Of a DNA stretch of 64,000 nucleotides, positions 56,196 through 64,000 are shown piece by piece (position 1 is the stretch's first letter; each line of letters starts with the position of its first letter). A program made the translations under genes and the position numbers. The stretch comes from a virus. Lineage: Duplodnaviria; Caudoviricetes. The DNA lies in the IMG/VR virus record IMGVR_UViG_3300028920_000023; one strand, written 5' to 3'. The notes beneath the pieces were generated by a model. It worked only from the letters and a program-made list of their open reading frames with translations, ran no database searches and was not told the origin of the DNA.

Positions 56196-57066
56196 TCACC
56201 AACTCCCTATATGAATTCGTGTAATCGAAGTATCTGTCATCTTCTAATATCTGAGGACACTTCTCAACCAAATCCATAGCATCTTTAATTTCCACCTCAG
56301 CATAAATATCCAACTCAGGAGCGAATTGCATCCCCGGAAGCAAAAACGTCTTAGCAACCAAATTATCATCTTCTATCATGCAAGGACAATACCCAAAAAT
56401 CTTATCACCCAAAAGCAAAGGCACCCTGTGCACATCCCCAGAAGATGTAGGCTCACCCAAACCAATAAACCTAAGCAAAAAGCTAAAGACCGTCAACCGA
56501 GTAATACCCAAACATGGAGACATCCTCTCATACAACCTCTCCATAGCATGCGTAGAAAAACCAAAGCGGTACGTAATACCATCAACAACAATATCTTCCT
56601 CATAAATATTGCAATAGATCGAACCTGCCTTGCCATTCCGTTTCTTCGGAGTAACATGCTCAATGCGCATGCCATGGGAACTAACACTCACTATCGGAAT
56701 ATAAAAAGGAGGATCCGAATACAGACTCTGGGCTGCAGCCGTGAAGACATCATTCAGATTATACATCTCTTTTTTGGTCTGAACGCAACCAAAGCCATAT
56801 TTTCTGAATTCTCGGAGGATCTTCTCTTTTGGGTATAATTCGAAAGCCCTTTTGATGATGGCTTTCGCATCTCTCATTTTACTGAGTCTGGACCATGCCT
56901 TTCTATCGTTCTTATCAGGCATATACTCTGGCATCGAAGTATTGAATTCAAAATCTGGGTAGGATATTTTTTGGTTTTGTTTTTTCTTTCTCTCTTCTCT
57001 TTTCTTTCTCTTTCTTTGTTTTTTCTGTTCCTTATTCATAAATACACAATATCCCCTGAATACCAT
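56146..57066 (-). CDS. hypothetical protein
   Basis: 306 aa; start may be 57039. Confidence 0.7.
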   Translation of the reverse strand: MVFRGYCVFMNKEQKKQRKRKKREERKKKQNQKISYPDFEFNTSMPEYMPDKNDRKAWSRLSKMRDAKAIIKRAFELYPKEKILREFRKYGFGCVQTKKEMYNLNDVFTAAAQSLYSDPPFYIPIVSVSSHGMRIEHVTPKKRNGKAGSIYCNIYEEDIVVDGITYRFGFSTHAMERLYERMSPCLGITRLTVFSFLLRFIGLGEPTSSGDVHRVPLLLGDKIFGYCPCMIEDDNLVAKTFLLPGMQFAPELDIYAEVEIKDAMDLVEKCPQILEDDRYFDYTNSYRELVNACKKTISKYDETEET

Positions 57067-57088
57067 CTAGACAATTAGGATATTGAGG

Positions 57089-58813
57089 TTAACTTACCCA
57101 GGTATCGCCCGTGTATCGCTTGAATACAACGCCGTCAAACCAAGTATCGCCAAAAACAGGATCCCTGCCTAAAAGACAACGCAACCTAGGCAGAATATCA
57201 TCCTCATAATCCAAAGAATCATCACTAGCATCAACACACAAACGCACAGCCCTATGGACCAACCCGCCTACATTGCCAATAGGATCAATAGCAGAATGAT
57301 CCGTATAACCCAAAGTACGGAAATCAACCTCATCGCCCAAACCCTGATCACCCTCAGTAACAAACCTATTGCTAACTGAAGGAGGAACAGGCGTAGAACG
57401 ACTGGAGGTAGTCCCAGCCAAAGCCTCAAACTGACCCTTCGTAGGCTGATATCGAGGATTGCGACTAAGAGCAAAGCTGCTAATAACAGAACTGACCTTA
57501 ACAAACGGAGCCGAAGCAGGAACATCCGTAATAGACAAGAAAGAATCAAAGAAATCAGCAATCTCGTCCGAAGTACCACCCCACAGACTACTCAGAACAA
57601 CATGACCATTACCGAATCCCTGCTGAAAATTCTCCTGATCTGATTCCTCATTTTTCTGCAGATCATCAATCGGAACTATATTAACAACCTGCCCAGCAGT
57701 CATACTTCTATTCAATAACAAACTAGCAAACTCAACAACATCCGGGGTCTCCCCATCCATCTTAATACTATGTGTAGAAAAAATAAACTTGATATTATTA
57801 GCTAGATCATCCTGACGCTCAATAGAACTCACCCACACCGGAGAATTTTCTCTGGAAGTATCCCCAGACTCCTCATCTGGAGACGGAGCTACAATATCAA
57901 ACTCTCTGAAGATACCAGAAGGAATCTCAACATTATTAGTAGAAGTTCTCGTAGCACCAACTCTAAACGGATAATTCGAAGATTGAATCCAGCTCTCAAA
58001 ATTCGAATCCTGGTCAGGAACAGCATTACTAGCACTATTAGTCAACAAACCAGTACCATGACTTCCTGTACTACCCTGATAATCACTGCTGGACGTAGAA
58101 GATGCAATCTCGTAAACGGCAGGACTATCGAACTCACCATCAGAATCGCTATCCGTAGCATCTGCTGGTGGCGCTAATGCCTCCAAGAATGTTCTGTATT
58201 CTGGTAAACTAGTATCTAGAGTGCGGAAAGTTAAATACCCATCTATGGTATTTGCTTCGGCTGGGTCTACAACTACAGTTTCTTCGGTGCTGGTAATAAC
58301 CTGTATTCTTTTATATTGATATGTGAATGTATTGTCTATTTGGTAATCTACGTAGAATAATGCGACTTCGATTGCTGAACCTTGTTGGTTGGCTGTGAAT
58401 ATGAGTCTTAGTTTGCCAGTTATTTCGTCGCTATCTGATCCGCCTGTGTTGGTCCCACTTATTCTTTTTATTTTGGCTAGCCGGATTTTCTCCCATTTTC
58501 CTGGCATAGAGACATGCATGTCCCATACCCAGCTTCCTGGGAGGCTGTAGGTGTTTGTTCCGGTTTCTACTTTGGCTGTTATTAGGAATGGGAATAGGTT
58601 CTGGTGACTTAGTCTGAGCTGTAGGTTGTCTAGGGCTTTGGCGATGATGAGCTGCCGCACGGTTATGTCGGCTGATGGACGGTTCAGGACGTCTGCTTGA
58701 ACAGGGTCGCTAGGGATAAACCATCTGATATTCAGAGAGTCTTCTTCAGTCAAAGTTGTGAAAAGGTTTCCTGGCGATACAGTCGGTATCAAAGCCGGGT
58801 TAATCGTAGGCAT
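57089..58813 (-). CDS. putative virion structural protein (574 aa)
   Basis: S/T/D-rich, beta-rich composition; GGGGA SD. Confidence 0.7.
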   Translation of the reverse strand: MPTINPALIPTVSPGNLFTTLTEEDSLNIRWFIPSDPVQADVLNRPSADITVRQLIIAKALDNLQLRLSHQNLFPFLITAKVETGTNTYSLPGSWVWDMHVSMPGKWEKIRLAKIKRISGTNTGGSDSDEITGKLRLIFTANQQGSAIEVALFYVDYQIDNTFTYQYKRIQVITSTEETVVVDPAEANTIDGYLTFRTLDTSLPEYRTFLEALAPPADATDSDSDGEFDSPAVYEIASSTSSSDYQGSTGSHGTGLLTNSASNAVPDQDSNFESWIQSSNYPFRVGATRTSTNNVEIPSGIFREFDIVAPSPDEESGDTSRENSPVWVSSIERQDDLANNIKFIFSTHSIKMDGETPDVVEFASLLLNRSMTAGQVVNIVPIDDLQKNEESDQENFQQGFGNGHVVLSSLWGGTSDEIADFFDSFLSITDVPASAPFVKVSSVISSFALSRNPRYQPTKGQFEALAGTTSSRSTPVPPSVSNRFVTEGDQGLGDEVDFRTLGYTDHSAIDPIGNVGGLVHRAVRLCVDASDDSLDYEDDILPRLRCLLGRDPVFGDTWFDGVVFKRYTGDTWVS

Positions 58814-58873
58814 AATCTGTCCCCTAATTTATCTCTATTTATGTTTGGTTATAAATTAGGAGTTTAGTAGTAA

Positions 58874-59125
58874 TCATTTTCTCACATATTTGCCGTGAAA
58901 ATTAAGATAATGGTACTCTTTGCACTTGGGGCAGATATAGACATCAACCCTAGCTGTCTCCCTTAGATAGGCCCTACAATCAAGACATATTGGTAACCTT
59001 ACGGTCGGGCTTCGGAGAGAATTATTTGACTTTTGTGGGGAACCCTGCGGGGATTTCCCTGGTGCCAGACAGGGAGGATTGTCCTTCGGTAGGTAAGAAG
59101 CCCGAACCAACTTATGTTTTATCAT
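58874..59125 (-). CDS. small zinc-ribbon protein
   Basis: CLDC...CPKC. Confidence 0.5.
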   Translation of the reverse strand: MIKHKLVRASYLPKDNPPCLAPGKSPQGSPQKSNNSLRSPTVRLPICLDCRAYLRETARVDVYICPKCKEYHYLNFHGKYVRK

Positions 59126-59143
59126 TAAGCAAAAAACCCGTAA

Positions 59144-59623
59144 TTACTTCCTATAGTATTCCATTAGAATTCTACGAATGTCCGAAGGAAGATCTAGTTT
59201 CCTGACACCACGCATTTGCTCCTCAGTTAACTTTTTCTTCCTTACAAGCTCATTTAGATGCTTACGCAAATGAGCAAACTTAGCAGCACCATTCGGAGGT
59301 GATTTCTCGCCACACCACTCGCACCTATCACCTGTCTCTAGAGGGCTTTCGACGTCTTTCTTCACAGCATCAAAAACCCTCTTGAGATTAACGTCTGTAG
59401 GTTTATCCGGAACCTGGAAAGCAAAAACTCCGATTTCTTTGAGCCCAGGCAGATAACGGTCTAAACTCTGTGTAGAGAGAAGGCTAGCGAAGGCCTTTTC
59501 CTTTGTTTCCCCTTCCTTGACCCCCAGATATAGTGATGCGCCTCCAAAAGACACTTCCTTGCCATCGGGAGTTAAAGAAACGAACTCTCCTGCCATATTT
59601 GTGCAGAAAGCCCACCTTGCCAT
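59144..59623 (-). CDS. hypothetical protein with C2H2-like zinc finger
   Basis: CEWC...HLRKH; GGAGG SD. Confidence 0.7.
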   Translation of the reverse strand: MARWAFCTNMAGEFVSLTPDGKEVSFGGASLYLGVKEGETKEKAFASLLSTQSLDRYLPGLKEIGVFAFQVPDKPTDVNLKRVFDAVKKDVESPLETGDRCEWCGEKSPPNGAAKFAHLRKHLNELVRKKKLTEEQMRGVRKLDLPSDIRRILMEYYRK

Positions 59624-59641
59624 ACGACCTCCGAATACAGA

Positions 59642-59666
59642 AACAGGACGGTTTAACCGTCCTGTT
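59642..59666. terminator. intergenic hairpin after the AAA gene
   Basis: AACAGGACGG-tttaa-CCGTCCTGTT. Confidence 0.65.
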
Positions 59667-59692
59667 GTATCACATTGTGAATTGTTTGGAAG

Positions 59693-60694
59693 TTAGAGAG
59701 ACTCAGATATCAGCCTGGAGATCTCATCCTCATCTGGCATAACCTGACGAGAAGAAGGAACAAAATTACGATAAGCCTTACCCGTACCAAACATCTCATA
59801 AAAAGCTTCCTTCTCCTCCAGAAACCTCTTATGGGACTTCACTGCGTTTCCAACCGATTCCTTCATATAAGGGTCAAACGAACTAGAATGTTTACGTCTG
59901 TTCATACCCTTTAGAGCCTGTAAAGTGGCTTCGTAAGAATTTTCCAGTATTTGGGTAGCAATATATAATTCCTTGATATGTGCAATACTAAGACCGTTAG
60001 TATCCTTAACCCACCTTTCTATCATTGTGCCATCTGCCTCAGGCAATTTCGATCTAATATAGATCCTTCGGGACTCTGCACAGGGCATACCGATTTCGAT
60101 AACTCGATCGAACCTACTCGGCCTAGACATAATATTGGATCTTATTTTCTCAGGATAATTCGTAGTTGCCAAGAAAACAACTTTATTAAGATCGAACATC
60201 CCATCTAGCATATTCAATATCTCAGATTCACAACTTCTTGCTAAAATGGAATCAACATCCTCCATAAGATAAATCAGAGGCATATTCGGATGTATCTTAC
60301 GTATTAAGGTATAACTTTCCTTAACAAGATGTACACCTGGCCAATCTAATACTACACCACTACGATTTTTGATAAGATCCTCAACAGCGAGTCTAATACA
60401 GCAAGACTTGCCACTTCCAGGAGGACCCATCATCATAATCCCGCGTCTATAGGGGACCTCGGCTCTTTTGAACCTATCTTCTAAAGCCCAAAAACTCTTG
60501 ATTTCATTGAGTACCTTATCTGAGGCAGTATCCGGAAAACGATACAAAGCTTCCGTCTTGATTTTCTTATCAACAAAATATGTTCCCTGCATATTTCTCT
60601 CAACATCATAATAACCAGGAGGAAGTTGTTTGACCACCTGGCCAGCAGGAAGAAACACACCATCATCCACTTCCGTCCACTGGATATACTTCAT
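59693..60694 (-). CDS. single-domain AAA+ ATPase (BCS1-like)
   Basis: RRG...GPPGSGKS, MEDVD, LNMLDG, ATTNYPE, RPSRFDR; CAAAGATA at 60713-60720 upstream. Confidence 0.9.
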   Translation of the reverse strand: MKYIQWTEVDDGVFLPAGQVVKQLPPGYYDVERNMQGTYFVDKKIKTEALYRFPDTASDKVLNEIKSFWALEDRFKRAEVPYRRGIMMMGPPGSGKSCCIRLAVEDLIKNRSGVVLDWPGVHLVKESYTLIRKIHPNMPLIYLMEDVDSILARSCESEILNMLDGMFDLNKVVFLATTNYPEKIRSNIMSRPSRFDRVIEIGMPCAESRRIYIRSKLPEADGTMIERWVKDTNGLSIAHIKELYIATQILENSYEATLQALKGMNRRKHSSSFDPYMKESVGNAVKSHKRFLEEKEAFYEMFGTGKAYRNFVPSSRQVMPDEDEISRLISESL

Positions 60695-60721
60695 CTGAAA
60701 TCTCCTTTGTGGTATCTTTGT

Positions 60722-63700
60722 CTATGTGCAGGGAGAAACACATGGATCAAGAATACCAGAATCACCACAAACAGTACCATCAAGAAGGGTCACACTACGG
60801 GCCTCAACCTGGATATCAAAAGAAGCTTTAGGATTATCACAACACCCCGAAATAGAGTCCATATGATACTGTATCGTAGAAGAAACAATCTTATTATTAG
60901 GACACAAACAAATAAAATTCGTAGCGCCACCATAACCAGACGGAGACAAAGTCAAATCACCACAACCCAACTCCGTACCACCATCAGAAGGACTATCCCT
61001 AAGCAAAGGACAATCACCATTAACATCAGCACCAACCGTATCCGTACCAGGCTCAACATGCCGCATCAAAACCTGAACACACTTACTAGTCAGATTAATG
61101 AAATTATATTTAATAATCTTAGAACTCTTATTAGGACCGTCAGTACCATCAAGACACTGACGCCCAGTAGTTGGACTAACAGAAATCTGTTCCAACCTAG
61201 TCGTGTAATCAGTACCCTCAGGAGACACAGTCAAATCTGAAGAATCTATGAAGATATCATAAATCTCATCAGGATCAGAATCACAAGACTTCAAGAAATC
61301 CTCACCCTGACAACATTCAATTTCAAGAGAAATATCCCCAACAATATCACAACAAGGAAATTCACCCACAAACGGGAAAGAGAAATCCAAAAGATCCTCA
61401 CAACCAGCATCTAAAGAATAATACTCGGCACTAAGAACATCACCAGACACAACACAACGCCCGCCAGTAACAGAGAACTTCGCTCTAACCTGCATAGCCG
61501 TATTGCTATTATTCAAAACCCGAACGCTAGTCTGTGGAGCAGGATCAATAAACTTTCTCTCAAAAACAATATTAACATTCTCTTTAACAAGCACCTCGCG
61601 ACCACAATCAGTAGTACCCTCCGAAGTCCACTCATTAGGAGTCTGATACAACACAATATCCGGAATTTCTGTCTTAAAGATATCTGGGCCATCAAAACTG
61701 ACAGATAAACCCTTAGGACCAACAAGCTGAAAATAAGTAACAACCAACTCATGAAAACCAGGAGAAAGATCTACAGAACCAGACTTCTCAATTAAACCAT
61801 GCGTACCATCATTATCAACAACCAAAGCACCATCAACAAACAACTGACTACCATCATCAGATTCCGTATAGAAAGTATACGTACCAGACTTAGAAATATT
61901 AATATAGCAAGTCCACCTGAAAGCATAGAAATCAGAAGGAGCACCTATCTGATCAAAATTGTTAGACACACCAGAAGCATCAGGAACCAACGAATCAAAA
62001 TCAGGTAAAGTAAAGAAAAATCCCGTATACCTCTCCCAATTAACACCATTCACAGCAGTACTAGCCCGAACAGGAGGCGTCCGGCTAGCATCTATCACAG
62101 TATAAGGGAGCTGCCCCAAAGGAATATCACCAGACGTAGAATCAGCCTCAACACAACGTATCGTCGGAAGCGGAGCCTCATCATTATTCCAAACATCCAT
62201 AAAAATAAACGGCTGAACCTTACCAGGATTAGACAAATAACCATTAACACCACTAGAATCCAAAGAAAGCTCAGGCCATTCTACCTGCGTATCCCCAACT
62301 TCAGTCCAGCGCGTGCCACAAAGAACAAAAGAATCAACCTCATCAGTAATATTACAATCTAAATGGAAACAGAAATTATCAACATACCTATCCTCGCCAC
62401 ACAACAAATTAGTTTGGAAGAACCCAATCTTCTGTTCACAAACCTCATAAGTAACCTCATAACTACCATCCAAATAAACCCTAATCACCTTACGAGTATT
62501 AGTGATAATACCCTTACGAAATACAGCCAAACCATCCAAATAACCATCCGGATCTTCACCCCAAACCCCAGGAGACTTAATACTATACGAAATATCCAAA
62601 GTGCGATATAATCCAGAGATATCTAACTTGTAATTCCATATACCCTCATAGATAACACCATACTGGTCCTTGTAATAATAAGAGCCATTAGGCAAAATAC
62701 CAAATTCATCCGGAAACTCGCCCTCATCCAAAATACACAACATATTCGGTATCGTACCGTCGAGGACATAAGAACAAGATCCAAATCTCTCCTCCAAAAT
62801 AACCCTTGGAGTATACAATAGCTGGTCACAATTAAAATCATAATTTCCAGAAGGAAGAAGATACTCATTTGTAGGACAAGTATTGACATTCAAATAAGAT
62901 TCTAAATCAACCCTCTGAGTGACATCAGTAGTCTCGCACTCATACTTCAAACAATCACAATCTAGACGATACGGAACATAATAACGGTATTGAGCCTCAT
63001 CCTCAGTCACAAGAATCTGAGAACCCAAAGTATACAACAATTCAGTTCCGGATGTAACACTCGTAACATCCGAGGCAGGAAGACCTAGAAGCTCATACAG
63101 GCTGTCTGTCTGATCATCACGAACATAATCATATTCAGTAAGATCCACAATATATCTGCCATACTGTGCAGGATAACCAGACCTATAATCCTGACTACAA
63201 TCCTCATTAGCAGATCTGAAAATAGGACCATATGGCAAAGAAGAACCAAAAGTTAAAACCTCTTCCTGCGTAATAACAATTCTAGAATCTTCCTCTATCG
63301 CCGGATGGCCCTCCTCAGACACCATCCAAATCTTATGCGTAACCAAGAAATCCCTATCATCATGACCACCTAAACTAGAAATGTCAGAAAGAAGACCATT
63401 ACCATAATAAACCAGATCCTCATCATCAAAAACAAGATATTCATCACCAGCGGAATTCACCCCTAGCCTAGCATTAAGATCATTATCTGAATAATCCCAA
63501 GGTCTAGCCCTATACTCTCCACTCGTATAATCTTCAAGTAAATTACTCATAGAAGGAAGGCGATGTGATGGGAAATTAAGATTATCCTTCTCAATACACA
63601 AAGAAGGCCTCTCATAAGCCAACATCCTATCACTACGGCTCATAAAAGACTCAAAATTAGGTCTATTGCTAAAATGTAAACTCTTAGGCTCTGGGTGATT

Positions 63701-64000
63701 ATACCAGAAAATCCTACGTCCAAGATAGCTAGTCTTGTTCTGACCCTTGTAAGACCCAAAACCATTCCGCAAATTGCTAATAGCATCGGCAGGGTGGGTC
63801 CAGTACGTGCCGATACCCATCCCAAGAACACAAGGCTTACATTTAACACATTCTTCTAAGACCACATCTGGAGTTACATCTAATTCTTGTTCTACTCTGC
63901 CCTTGAAGCAATTCTCAGCAGTCTCAGTAGTTGTCGAGCAATATTTGGGTCTAAGATCCGGATTATGGTCAAAGTCCGCATCCGGTTGAAACCTTACCCT
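60722..64000 (-). CDS. very large Cys-rich putative virion protein with PA14 domain (5' end beyond window)
   Basis: Frame is open from 63865 to the window edge by hand translation; PA14 motif F..RW..YI.....GTYTF...SDDGS.LFVDG..VVDNDG.HG. Confidence 0.8.
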   Translation of the reverse strand, partial: RVRFQPDADFDHNPDLRPKYCSTTTETAENCFKGRVEQELDVTPDVVLEECVKCKPCVLGMGIGTYWTHPADAISNLRNGFGSYKGQNKTSYLGRRIFWYNHPEPKSLHFSNRPNFESFMSRSDRMLAYERPSLCIEKDNLNFPSHRLPSMSNLLEDYTSGEYRARPWDYSDNDLNARLGVNSAGDEYLVFDDEDLVYYGNGLLSDISSLGGHDDRDFLVTHKIWMVSEEGHPAIEEDSRIVITQEEVLTFGSSLPYGPIFRSANEDCSQDYRSGYPAQYGRYIVDLTEYDYVRDDQTDSLYELLGLPASDVTSVTSGTELLYTLGSQILVTEDEAQYRYYVPYRLDCDCLKYECETTDVTQRVDLESYLNVNTCPTNEYLLPSGNYDFNCDQLLYTPRVILEERFGSCSYVLDGTIPNMLCILDEGEFPDEFGILPNGSYYYKDQYGVIYEGIWNYKLDISGLYRTLDISYSIKSPGVWGEDPDGYLDGLAVFRKGIITNTRKVIRVYLDGSYEVTYEVCEQKIGFFQTNLLCGEDRYVDNFCFHLDCNITDEVDSFVLCGTRWTEVGDTQVEWPELSLDSSGVNGYLSNPGKVQPFIFMDVWNNDEAPLPTIRCVEADSTSGDIPLGQLPYTVIDASRTPPVRASTAVNGVNWERYTGFFFTLPDFDSLVPDASGVSNNFDQIGAPSDFYAFRWTCYINISKSGTYTFYTESDDGSQLFVDGALVVDNDGTHGLIEKSGSVDLSPGFHELVVTYFQLVGPKGLSVSFDGPDIFKTEIPDIVLYQTPNEWTSEGTTDCGREVLVKENVNIVFERKFIDPAPQTSVRVLNNSNTAMQVRAKFSVTGGRCVVSGDVLSAEYYSLDAGCEDLLDFSFPFVGEFPCCDIVGDISLEIECCQGEDFLKSCDSDPDEIYDIFIDSSDLTVSPEGTDYTTRLEQISVSPTTGRQCLDGTDGPNKSSKIIKYNFINLTSKCVQVLMRHVEPGTDTVGADVNGDCPLLRDSPSDGGTELGCGDLTLSPSGYGGATNFICLCPNNKIVSSTIQYHMDSISGCCDNPKASFDIQVEARSVTLLDGTVCGDSGILDPCVSPCT

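Noticed and set aside
1-64000. Stop-codon reassignment
   Set aside because: Genes up to 3.8 kb are uninterrupted in the standard code, TAA, TAG and TGA all terminate well-supported genes, and no suppressor tRNA is present.

Overview
This 64 kb window looks like part of a large, probably jumbo, dsDNA phage genome read in the standard bacterial code. It has densely packed, mostly hypothetical ORFs on both strands and no host housekeeping clusters. No capsid, portal, terminase or cas gene is visible, so the phage call is an inference. Recognisable genes are an NAD-dependent ligase (ligA), a minimal ATP-dependent ligase domain, thyX, rarA/mgsA, two further AAA ATPases, an SF2 helicase, a DEDD exonuclease, a HAD phosphatase, a kinase-like protein, two radical SAM enzymes, a sulfotransferase, a GDP-fucose synthase plus three glycosyltransferases, a stand-alone DnaA domain IV, tRNA-Arg(UCU), and several very large virion- or adhesin-like proteins. 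The most unusual observations are: (1) a cas-less CRISPR-like array with an atypical 25-nt repeat at 32.5-32.9 kb; (2) two paralogous giant sigma-70-like proteins (652 and 757 aa), one behind a host-type sigma-70 promoter and one behind a recurrent CAAA(A/G)ATA late-promoter-like motif; (3) four unrelated proteins, including the Ycf46-like AAA ATPase, ending in R-[IK]-L-D-L; (4) an 89-bp GC-rich structured non-coding element in three copies; (5) tRNA half-fragments flanking an intact tRNA; (6) abrupt AC/GT strand-skew inversions inside genes. All calls are by-eye motif recognition; no database search was run.
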